Part shown: in pieces, positions 37,801 to 48,300 of the stretch
How positions within the stretch are numbered: the first letter of the stretch is position 1
Layout: each line of letters begins with the position of its first letter
NCBI GenBank assembly: GCA_001643675.2
Contig: LSRY02000002.1
Location: forward strand, 1,612,001 to 1,676,000
Length of the DNA: 64,000 nt
Direction: 5' to 3'
Origin: Monocercomonoides exilis PA203
Lineage: Eukaryota; Protista; Preaxostyla
Program-made: the position numbers and the translations under genes
The notes under the pieces: generated by a model
The model's database searches: none
What the model was told of the DNA's origin: nothing
What the model saw: only the letters and a program-made list of their open reading frames with translations

Positions 37801-40629
37801 TTCCCTTTCCTTTCTCACTTTCGCATTTTCATCAGCCAATTCATTCTTTCGTAGCTCTTGTTCTTCGATCCTCTTCTTGAGCGATGCAATTGATTGCTTC
37901 CAATCGTTTTTAGCTGCTGTCTCTTCCTCTTCCTCTTCTGCTTCTTTCTCCTTTTCTCTTTCGTTCTCCTTCTCCTCTTCCAATTTCCTTTCTTCCATCT
38001 CATTTTGCTCAGTCTCTCTTTGCTCTTTCTTTTCTATCAATTCATCTTCCTCTTCCAGCAACTTCTTGTTTTCCTTCTCTGCATCCTGCATACGCTTCGT
38101 TGTTCGCTCTTTCTCTTTTTCTTTCCTCTCTTTTTCTCTTTCAAGCCTCTGCTCTTCCTTTTTCAGCTTTTCGCTTTTCATTTCTCTCTCTCTCTTCCTC
38201 TGAATATGTGAATCCTCCGCTTTCTTTCTGTTTCTTTCTCTTTTCATTGAGGCCTGTTCTCTTATCCCTCGGTCTGCTTCTTGCTTCTCCTGCATCGCTT
38301 TCTGTGCACTTTCAATTTTCGCTTTCAGTTCGTTTATTCTATCCAAGATCATTGCTTCCTCCACTCCTCTTGTTTTATCTCGTTCTGCTTTGTCTCTCCT
38401 CCTCTTCTCTTCTCTCTGCATCTTTCTGCTTTCTCTTTCCTGCTCCCTTTTCCTTTTGGCATTCCGATGCTCTTCTTCTTCACTCATCCCGCTGCTGATC
38501 AGCTCTGCTGTGCTCCCTCCTTCTCCTTCCTCTCCTCGTCCTCCATTTTGGCTTCTTGCAATCTGCTCAAGAAATTTCCTTTCTTTCTCCAGCTCGTTTT
38601 CCCGGCTGCTTCGCTTCTCTTCCAATCTTTCATTCATTTCCCCTTCAGCTCTCAATCGCTGCTGTTTCATCTTTTCTTCCTTTTCTTCCAGCAATTCGTT
38701 CACTTTCTCTTCGATTTCTTCTTCTCGCTCTTCTTTCTCTCGTTTCAAGCCCAGCAGCTCCAGCTCCCGCGCCTGGCTCGCCTCTTTCTGCTCACTTGTT
38801 ATTTTCTCTTCCTCACTTTCCATTTCTTTCCTCAAATCTTCCTCTTCCTTCTCCATCATCGCCATAATTGTCCGTGTGAGTTCTTCTTTTTCTCTGTTCT
38901 GCGAAGCAATCATCCTTTTCTCTTCGGCATCCAAGCGGTTTTTCAGCGCTGCAATCTGTCTGTTCCGTTGGCTCTCTGCTTTCTGCTGCCGCTTCCCCAG
39001 AACCCGCAGAAAGCGATTCCTTTGCCTCTGCTGCTGCTTCTCCATCTTTCGAATCTCACTCACGTTTGTGTCAATCAGCTGCTGCTTCCGCACTCCAAGT
39101 TTTTGCCCAAACACTTTGCGTGCTTCTTCTTCTGAGTAGATGTACAATGGCTGTGATGCCTCTGCTTTCGCTTTGGCTCGAGCTGTCGCTTCGTTTTCTT
39201 CTTCTTCCTCCTCTTCCTCTTCCTCTTCCTCCTCTTCCTCTTCCTCCTCCTCCTCCTCTTCTTCTTCCTCCTCATCCTCGTCCTCTTCCTCAGCGTCATC
39301 TTCTTCGTTTCCAGTGCTTCTTGCATTCAAGCTTCCACTCAGACTCTGGCTCATGATTGGTGTTATTTGCCTGGTGCTTTGTCTTAATGTACTGGAAGAT
39401 GAGTTGCGAGAATGAACACCCAATGAACTAGCTTTATGCATAAATCAAAGCATCGAAACAAGCAAAAGATGGAGAACCCGATAAAACATAAATTAAAAAT
39501 TATTATTGTTGGCTTCTTATGAGATAAAAATACTGGCAATTTGAATAATGCCTCAAATAATAATGAAAATGAAGGATTAAAAAAATATTCTTTCATTTCT
39601 TTTCTTTCTTCTCGTTCCATTCTATAAATGATGCTTATCGCGACTTCAAACCTGAGAATGAGTTAGGACGAGATAAGGAAGACGAGCGAAGTGCAGAAGA
39701 AGAACCAGATGATGTGCGTTGTTCTTGTGGGTGAATGGAAGTTTCTGAATCAGCATCAGGAAGAATGAATGAACTCACTGGAGTCATTTCTTCTTCTCCA
39801 GGATCTATGGAAGCTAGTGAAGAAGAAGAAGTCGCTGATAACCTGTGCAATGGATTATTAGCTGTTGGAGATGATTCTTGAGCTGATTCATGAGGATCGT
39901 CATCTTCTTCAAATGCGTTTGCCACAATCTTGATAGAAAATTGATTTTTAAAAAAAGTACGCTTTAAATAAATAGTTAATTTAGAAGCAAACAGATCGAG
40001 TTGATTGTGAAGACGAATTCGTCCTTGTGTTTTGAGATATCGAAGCAATTTGTAATCCTTGTGGATGAACAGGAGTTGCAACAGCTGAAAACACTTCTCC
40101 AGTCGATCCGTATTGGCTTTCGTTATTCTCTTGATTGTTTGCTTGTTCCTCTAGATTGATGGAATGATGAGCCTCCAATTTTTTTTTGCTTAAAAGTTTA
40201 GCCTTTTCAGTTGCGTACAATTGCCGATAATACTCGTCCATTGGGTGTTCCCAAATTGTTTTCTTTGTAACTTTATTATAATAATATTCCATGCCTTCTG
40301 GCGTTACGCTTATAATAACTCACTTTCAGAAAAAGCTTAAAAAAATTGAAAAGCATACCCTTCTTCCCAGTCCGGAGGTAAAGGCGCATTATATCCTTTT
40401 TTTGCAATCCACAGTAATTCTGGTTCGATTGGGAATATTTTCAAAAATTTTGTATATTCAATGATTGCTAATAATTTTATTTTCACTTCGTTAACACTTG
40501 AAAGTTAACAGATTTAAAAAAACCTTCCATCTCCGTTTCATCCTCTTCTTCAATTTCACTAGTACTACTATTTTTCTTTGACTGGCTGAATTGATTTAAA
40601 AACTGATTGTCATCGCGGTTTTTTGACAT
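34849..40629 (-). CDS. CEP164: CEP164-like distal-appendage protein (N-terminal WW domain, long coiled coil, Ser/His-rich tail), multi-exon
   Basis: Spliced IIEYTKFLKIFPIEPELLWIAKKGYNAPLPPDWEE...YYYNKVTKKTIWEHPMDEYYRQLY is the CEP164 N-terminal signature, followed by an E/K/R-rich coiled coil. Confidence 0.8.
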
Positions 40630-40735
40630 AACGATACTTTCAAACAAAAATTAAAAAATTACATAAAAAATAAAAAAATGTTTATGTATCTTCGATCAAT
40701 CTAAAAAATCAATAGAAAACAACTGGATCAGTATA

Positions 40736-41464
40736 ATGGCAAAAATCGCACAAGGAATTGGCGAAGCATTATTTGATATTCCATATTTATGCTTTGCAAT
40801 ATATGTTGGGTTGAAAATGAAAAGATATGGACAATCTGCTTTCACTCAACTCTTTGGAACTATGGCAATCTTAATTGCATTTGGAGACTCATTTCATTTA
40901 TTTCCTCGCATATTTGCATTACTTGGAAAAGGATTGGACAACTCCACTTTCTCTCTTGGACTTGGAAAATTTATCACATCAATCACCATGACATTTTTTT
41001 ATCTGAAACTGTTTTATGCTCTTGAGTCGTACACTTCACGAAAATCTAAACTGCTAGATAGAGCCTCTGTTCTTTGTGCTGCGTTGAGAATTGTTCTTTG
41101 TTTCTTTCCTCAGAATAACTGGTTCAGCAAACAGCCATCTCTGAATTGGGGAATATGGAGAAATATTCCTTTTATTTGTCTTGGAGGAATAACCGTTTAT
41201 CAATGTTTACTTCATTATTTTCAAAAGAAAGATGTTCTTGCTCTTCAAATTGGAATTGCAATTATCCTTAGCTTCGCTTTTTATTTGCCTGTTGTGTTTT
41301 TTGCCCATAAATGGAAAGCCATTGGAATGTTGATGATACCAAAAACTATAACATACATTTGGATTCTTTTTATTGGATGGAAAGTGTTTAAACAGGAACA
41401 ATATGGCAATTCAGGAGAAAAAATATTAATTAAACAAGAGCGTCTTAATCAAAAAGTCAAATGA
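40736..41464 (+). CDS. Intronless multi-pass membrane protein of a bacterial-type (Firmicutes-like) uncharacterised family
   Basis: Motifs LFDIPYL, GDSFHLFPR, LGLGKFITSITMTFFY, WGIWRNIPF, SFAFYLPVV and GMLMIPKT; about 7 hydrophobic segments. Confidence 0.7.
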   Translation: MAKIAQGIGEALFDIPYLCFAIYVGLKMKRYGQSAFTQLFGTMAILIAFGDSFHLFPRIFALLGKGLDNSTFSLGLGKFITSITMTFFYLKLFYALESYTSRKSKLLDRASVLCAALRIVLCFFPQNNWFSKQPSLNWGIWRNIPFICLGGITVYQCLLHYFQKKDVLALQIGIAIILSFAFYLPVVFFAHKWKAIGMLMIPKTITYIWILFIGWKVFKQEQYGNSGEKILIKQERLNQKVK

Positions 41465-41627
41465 ATTTTCTTTTTATTGTACATTTTGTTAAATTGAGCT
41501 ATTATTTTCTTTTCTTTTTTTGTGTTTCTCCAATTAATACCTGAATTTATCGAAATCTCATTTTTCAATTTTAAAAATTTATAATGCAAAACATTGTGAT
41601 CAAATATATTGATTTAAGCTTATTTTC

Positions 41628-42185
41628 ATGCTTTCACTTCAGGGAAAGCATATTGTGCTTGGTGTCACAGCAGGAATTGCAGCATATAAATCTCCAGAGA
41701 TTGTACGTAGGTTACAAGATCATGGGGCTGATGTTCGCGTTGTGATGACTCCAAGATCAGAAGAATTTATAACTCCACTTACTCTTCAATCTATTTCCAG
41801 GAACGTTGTTGAAGATGATATTTTTGATAGATCTTTGCCTGATTCGTTGGGGCATTTAGGCTTAGGAAGTTGGGCTGATCTTGTGGTAGTAGCTCCAGCA
41901 ACTGCTGATTTTATTGCTCGTTTTAGATTAGGAATGGGAGATGACTTATTATCTTGTTTGTGTCTTTCTGCACGTTGTGACATTGTAATTGCTCCTGCTA
42001 TGAATCAGCAGATGTATGCTTCTGCAGCAACTCAATCGAATCTTGAAATTTTACAGAAAAGAAACGTTCTTATTTGGGGGCCAGATTCTGGATATCAAGC
42101 TTGCGGTGACATAGGAAAAGGTAGAATGCTCAACCCTAATATTCTTGAACAAAAAGTTATTGAGTATTTTTCAAAAAAAGTCTGA
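41628..42185 (+). CDS. coaC: Phosphopantothenoylcysteine decarboxylase (CoaC half of bacterial CoaBC/Dfp), intronless
   Basis: GKHIVLGVTAGIAAYK, FITPLTLQ, WADLVVVAPATAD, PAMNQQMY and IWGPDSG.QACGDIG.GRML are closely similar to the E. coli Dfp N-terminal domain. Confidence 0.93.
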   Translation: MLSLQGKHIVLGVTAGIAAYKSPEIVRRLQDHGADVRVVMTPRSEEFITPLTLQSISRNVVEDDIFDRSLPDSLGHLGLGSWADLVVVAPATADFIARFRLGMGDDLLSCLCLSARCDIVIAPAMNQQMYASAATQSNLEILQKRNVLIWGPDSGYQACGDIGKGRMLNPNILEQKVIEYFSKKV

Positions 42186-42958
42186 AGCAAAAGAGTGAAT
42201 CTTGTTTTGATGGCTCAGAATTGGATTCAGAATTATTCATTTCAACAAAATTAAATAAAATGTTGGTGATAATTTTGTGTTTTATTTGGAAATCATTTTT
42301 TTTTTTTTTGAACTACTGTGTTTATTCGGGATGAAGAATTAACAATATATATTGTTTTTGGTTCAAAGCATTTTTTAAGTCCGCGCTATATTTTTCCATT
42401 TTGAAGGATTCATTGCTGATTCCTTCATAGCCTTGTTATATGCATTTATTTTTTTGCTGAAAGGACTTACTCACATTTAGGTTTTTGATGCCTTTAATCA
42501 TCTCAAATATAATTTCTCAATGATGTATTTTTTAAGAAATATGCGATTTTAGATTGTTATTTTCTTTCTTTCTTTCTTTTAATATATCCATCAGTTTGAT
42601 ATTTGATAATTGAATGAAATCAATCCATTTCACGCTTTTGAACATTAAATTGCAGACACTTGCTTTTCCAAATAAAATATTTTCAGAAAGAAAAAATAAA
42701 ACCCTTTGATTTGTAAAAGCAAATAAATGCTAATTGATGATTATCGTCATTCAAAACAAGAATAGAAATAGATTTTTTGAATTGGCAATTTTGTTTTCAA
42801 CTGTTGTTTTTTATTGCTTTTCATCCATTTACTTCTTGAATATCTTGAAGTAATAAAATATCGTTTTATTTTTTTTTTAAATAAAGTTATCAAATAATAC
42901 TTTCTTTCTGATGTGCAAAGAGAAATGTAATTTTATTAAATGAAATGAAGAAGTTGTT

Positions 42959-44359
42959 TCAGCATCTGCTAAATAAATAATTTCCAACGTCGTGAAATCC
43001 AAAAATATATGCATCGCTCAAAAAAAACCCATATAACGAAAATATGGCATCGTCGAATCCTCCTTCCTCTAGCTTTTCATACAACTCTTGCTTCATTATC
43101 TTTCTTTTTATTTCTTCATCTCTCTCCTCTTTTTTTTCTATCAAAGAACTAAAAAGGCATTCAAAAGTTAAAATGTAATTAGAAGAAGGTTCAAATTTCA
43201 ATGTTGATTGATATATCTTTTCTGAAAATTCATCTATTACCCCGCTATTCAGCAAATCTTCGGTATTAGCAGCTTCAGTTGAAATCATATTATTTAAAAG
43301 AACCATTAAATTCTTGAATAGTTCACTGTAATCATTTTCTGCGACCTTACATAAATTTTTGATGAAATCAATCAATTTTTTGTCTGCTTTATCTCTCCAA
43401 GTCAACTTTGTAAAATATGAATTTAGAATGGAGAACCATCTCGTCATAATACGCATTTCCTTTGTTTCCCTTAAATGTTTCTCCTGTTTCTTCCAATTCA
43501 CTAAGTTTTCCAGTTCTTCCAATTCTCCAAGTGCTTCTTTCATAAAATCAAATTCATTTACTATACCGTGTACTATTTCATTGTATTCGATCATTCGGTT
43601 TAGCAAAATTGCCCAAGCAGACTGATATCCTAGGTGGGTCAGATTGTGATATTGTTGATGATACTTGATTATTTCTGTAATCTTTGATAAGAATAATTCA
43701 TCTCCCAACTTTTGTGCATAACAGATAAACATCACTAAAAATAAACACAAATTACAAAAGAAATATACCTGATACCGAGTTATACTACTCAATGTCAGCA
43801 AGGCCATTTCCACTTTATCTTGTGTTTCTTTATTTGCTTCTGTGGATAAAGAAGCACTCATAATAGAGTATATGTGAACATAGAGCAACTCTTGTGGATA
43901 ACTTCCAAAATAATTCTGCAGAGAAATGTTGCATTCATAAATATCGATTAGTAATTCTTCATTCTTTTCTTCTTTTTTCTTTTCTTCGTCAATCATCATT
44001 TTTTCGCATCTACCGCTAAGGCATGAATAAATAAACATCTCATTCCATACATTTTTCAATATCTTGCAATATCCAATATGTTTCAACAATATCAAAGCAT
44101 TATCAAATGATAATTTCTTTTCTTCAATCTTTTTGTCAATATTATCGAAAAAATCTTTTGTAATAATTTTATTCATTTCCTCGTTGTCCGTTTCATCAAG
44201 CAATCTGTTCAATTCTTCAATTTTCTGTTTTTGATCACCAGGAATGCAATTATCCAAAGTTGAAAACAAAACTTCAACAATTATGATAAAATAAACATAA
44301 ATTATCAACATTATATTTCCAATTATTAGCAAACTTGTAAACGTTTCTGCAATCGTCAT
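42959..44359 (-). CDS. Member of a lineage-expanded helical-repeat hypothetical family (as recalled from Monocercomonoides); probably has in-frame introns
   Basis: QKQKIEELN, KIEEKKLS..NALILLKHIGYCKILKN, EKKKEEKNEELLID, VEMALLTLS, NLTHLGYQSAW and EKLEEGG. Confidence 0.7.
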   Translation of the reverse strand: MTIAETFTSLLIIGNIMLIIYVYFIIIVEVLFSTLDNCIPGDQKQKIEELNRLLDETDNEEMNKIITKDFFDNIDKKIEEKKLSFDNALILLKHIGYCKILKNVWNEMFIYSCLSGRCEKMMIDEEKKKEEKNEELLIDIYECNISLQNYFGSYPQELLYVHIYSIMSASLSTEANKETQDKVEMALLTLSSITRYQVYFFCNLCLFLVMFICYAQKLGDELFLSKITEIIKYHQQYHNLTHLGYQSAWAILLNRMIEYNEIVHGIVNEFDFMKEALGELEELENLVNWKKQEKHLRETKEMRIMTRWFSILNSYFTKLTWRDKADKKLIDFIKNLCKVAENDYSELFKNLMVLLNNMISTEAANTEDLLNSGVIDEFSEKIYQSTLKFEPSSNYILTFECLFSSLIEKKEERDEEIKRKIMKQELYEKLEEGGFDDAIFSLYGFFLSDAYIFGFHDVGNYLFSRC

Positions 44360-44436
44360 CTCTTTTCCTTCGTTGGGTTCAGTTTAAAAATATTCATATT
44401 AAAGTACAAAGTACCTTAATTCTAGAGAAAAACCGT

Positions 44437-44499
44437 TATCTACAACACCTCTTTATTAAGGGAGTGAGCTCTGCATTATGGGCTCAGCCGATCACAAAA
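44437..44499 (+). repeat. Left inverted terminal repeat core (63 bp), containing the gag ATG
   Basis: Reverse complement of 49140-49202 with one mismatch. Confidence 0.95.
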
Positions 44500-45314
44500 T
44501 TCGAAAGATGACAACTTTGTTGGAAGGACCTGCGTCGGGACTGAGCGGGATATTCCCGCAAAGCGGACCTACAGGCGGTATGGGAATGGCGCCTCCCATC
44601 TCCATTCCAACAACAGAGGCCCCAGGATCCCAATTCCCAGCCATGTCAGCTATGTCCTCAACAACCTCGACAACCTCAACATCAACTAGTTCAGTTGGCT
44701 TGCCTCATTCCCCAACACAACCTCTATTAGAGGCAGCTAAATTATACTTTGGAGAAAACTTGCAGAGTACAATATTTGCTTATCGTGTTGATCAAGGAGA
44801 TCTACTCCAGACATTACGAGATTACGAATCCTTATCGGTCCCCCAGTTCCTGCCTGCTACGACTCATCCACATTCGCGATCGCAAAGTTGGTTCTCCGAT
44901 GCTTTAGACGAAGGAGCGTATAATGTGGAATCTTTATTAATGCCCGCTTTGAAAGCGATGTTGATGGCAACACGAGGGACAACAGAAGAAGCACAACAAC
45001 ACCAGGAAGATGCAATGATGCTTACAGTCGCAGCTCTCCAAGCGGCTCGCCACATGCGCATTCAAGCCAGATTCGGTTTCAAGGCCGCCAAAACACTTCA
45101 AGAAGAAAAGGATGATCCGTTATTGACCACAGAGCAGCTGGAGAGGATTAAGCCAATGTTGCAGGCCAGAACAGAGCGGAGACAGGGAAGCTCTGCTTCA
45201 CACTTGTCACAAAGAACAAGGAGAATTGGTTCATGGAAATCTAGATCTACAAGCTCGGGAACTGGAAGATCAACACGTGCAGCATCAAGAAGCAATTTTT
45301 TTCGGAGAAAGTAG
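44478..45314 (+). CDS. DIRS ORF1, gag-like protein
   Basis: First ORF of the element (278 aa) with a basic R/S-rich C-terminus; assigned by position. Confidence 0.7.
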   Translation: MGSADHKIRKMTTLLEGPASGLSGIFPQSGPTGGMGMAPPISIPTTEAPGSQFPAMSAMSSTTSTTSTSTSSVGLPHSPTQPLLEAAKLYFGENLQSTIFAYRVDQGDLLQTLRDYESLSVPQFLPATTHPHSRSQSWFSDALDEGAYNVESLLMPALKAMLMATRGTTEEAQQHQEDAMMLTVAALQAARHMRIQARFGFKAAKTLQEEKDDPLLTTEQLERIKPMLQARTERRQGSSASHLSQRTRRIGSWKSRSTSSGTGRSTRAASRSNFFRRK

Positions 45315-48300
45315 GGGGCCGCACCCAAGCCTTTGCCGAGGAATGGAAGAAGATCGGAGTGACCAATTGGATAAAAGACGGGATAAGACCGATTTGGAAG
45401 GGGAGAGCTGCAAGGGACAGGTTGAAACAGGAAAAGATGAAAGGCAAAGGCTTCCTGGGTGGCACAGAGGAAAAAGAGGCTTGTTCAGAATGGATTCAAG
45501 AAGGACTCAGGACAGATATATTAACACAGTTACAAGAAGGAGAGGTCTGTTGCTTGAACAACATATTTTTCATAAAGAAAAAGACAGGGAAGTTCCGTCA
45601 AATCCTCGATTGCCGTGCACTCAATTCCGCACTGAAAGATATTCATTTCAAAATGGAAGACCATCGCACTGTGGAGAGACTGATCCAAAAGGGAGATTTC
45701 GCAACCTCACTAGATCTATCTCAGGCTTATTTCCTGATCCCAGTTCACAAGGAATTCACCCCATTCCTAGCCTTCAAGTTCGAAGAGAGATTCTACGGGT
45801 TCAAAGGCATGCCCTTCGGATTCAAAGACGCACCGAGAATTTTCACGAAAGTCATGAGAAAAGTTTCGCAAGAAATCCGAAGAAGATGGAAGGTGAGGTG
45901 CATTTCCTACTTGGACGATGTCCTATTGCTGGATCCAGATCAAGTCAAGCTGAAGTTGGCAACACAAGAAATTGTCGAGTGGTTTCAACAGTTGGGCTTA
46001 ATCATCAACAGGGAGAAGAGCGAGTTCTTCCCCAAGAAGAACTTCAACTATCTCGGATGGACGTGGAATACGAGCCGGATGGTTGTCTCAATGGAACAAC
46101 AGAGACGCAGGGAACTGAGGAAAGAGTGTATCAAATGGATGAAGAGGGTGAGGAAGAGCAGCTTTGCAAAAACGAGAGACTTCGCTTCATTCATAGGTCA
46201 GCTCAGCGCCGCACGGTTCGTGTACAAAGACGCCTCTTTATACATGAACAAAATGTACCATTTACTGAACAAGCAGGTCAAGAAAGATGGCTGGGAAGGA
46301 GCGGTTCTCTTGAACAGCAGCATAAAAAGACAATTGGACATCTGGATTCAAAGGCTCAAGGAGAATTACATCAGAGAACTGGTGGACTTCTCGAAGCCCG
46401 ACGCCATATTAACGACAGATGCTTCCCCTTGGGCTTGCGGAGCGACCTTGGCAGTTGGAGGAGAGAGATTTCACTTTCACAAACAGTTCAGCAACATCAC
46501 AAGGCTCCAAACATCCAATTTCAAGGAGCTCCTTGCAGTTTTATTGGCTCTCAACAATTTTTCATCACAAATCACTCACAACCATGTGTGCAAGATCCTT
46601 CTCCGTTCCGACAACACCAGTGTAGTGTTCAACATCAACAGGTGGGGTGCGGGACCCAACCTCCTGCCGTTATTGAGAAAGATCAAGGCCACATGTCAGT
46701 CGATGAAATTGACGATGACAGCAATCCACATTCCAGGGGAGAAAAACACAACCGCAGACGCATTGTCCAGGTTGGAGGCCGCAGGAGATTATATGATAAG
46801 GAGTCAATGTCTGAAGGAAGCGGAGAGGGCTCTCGGAGTGATAGCAGAGATAGACGGTTTCGCAAACGAAGGAAACAAGAGGAAGGAGATATGGTATGGT
46901 CCAGGAAGTCCGTTCGCTCAAGATGGTCTCACGGCAGATTGGACAAGGAACACAATGCTCATTCACCCTCCCATTCCGTTGATTCTTCCGAGTCTCAAGA
47001 AAGCAAAAGCAGAGAGAGCGAGAGCAATCATCCTTCTTCCGGCATGGAGGAATCAGATATGGAGCAACTTACTGGAAGAGATGATGTCTCAACATTACGT
47101 TTGGAGGAACTCGAAAGCGGTTTTAATCCCGGGAGCAGGCCTGAGGAGAACGGGTGCAGCACTGCCTCCCGGGGGATACATGGCAGTAACAATCAATTGG
47201 TAAGAGAAGTTGGAGAAGAATGGTGGTGGAAAAGCCTCAGGATCTGCGGAGTCCCGGATAGGATCATTTCCGTTACGAAGGAGAGCATAGCAAAGTCCAC
47301 ATGGAATCAATACACATTTGGCTTTGCACACTTCAGCAGGGAATGGGAAGAGTTGAAACTGGGGCCGTTCCCGAAATATTTCGATGAATGGTCAATGGAT
47401 TGTGCAAATTGTCTACTATCCATGAGAGACAAAGGTGGTAAATATTCATGCCTGTGTGCTACACGGTCAGCGATTTCACTCTTTTCCAAGACGGTATATG
47501 GTAAGGACTTGAGTAAAGTTAGTTTAATAAGCACAATATTCAGATCGTTTTCATTTTCCCAAACCCATCGAAAGCCGTACACAAAGATGTGGAGCCCCGA
47601 CATCGTGCTGTCATATTACGAGAACTACGGGCTGAACGAGTATCTTTCTTTTTTTGACCTGACTGTGAAGTGCATTTTGCTTGTTATGCTGTTCACTTCA
47701 TGTCGATTCCATGAGCTTGAGCAGATATCAATGGCTAACTCAATATTCGAAAGTGATGCGATTTATCTATCCACAAGACTTAAGACTTCCAGATCCAGGG
47801 AATACATTACTGTTCCATGCCTGGAGGAGGTTCACAAACGAATATGTCCTGCAAGAGCTATTCACACCCTTTGGGAGAGAGTCAAAGCAACGTATGAAAA
47901 TAGAGATACGTTCCTTCTTAATACAACGCACCATACACCGTTAACTGCAAAGGGGATAAGAACGCTTGCTAGAATAGGTTTGCGGAAAGCAGGAGTTCCT
48001 GACGAATACAGACCATATACGATTAAGCACGCATCGATATCCAAGCTAGCATCAAGTGGTGTCCCGGAGGTGTGCATCGCCAAACACGCACGCCTATCAA
48101 CAACTGCTCACACTCCGTCCAGATCATACTACAAAGCGAACCTGGCAAACCGGATGGCCCGCGCACTCCTTGCCTCAGAGGAAGATAGCTCCCAACAAGA
48201 TGAAAGCACAGTTGTTGAGAAGAGCTGCATTTCAAAACAGATAGAGGGCATTCCCTTCTGTGCCACTCAGCAAACAACAACCATAATGTTTGGTCTTCCT

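Noticed and set aside
26068-39415. Numerous + strand and alternate-frame ORFs (poly-E/D, poly-L/H, F/S-rich)
   Set aside because: They are shadows of low-complexity poly-Ser and coiled-coil coding on the minus strand.
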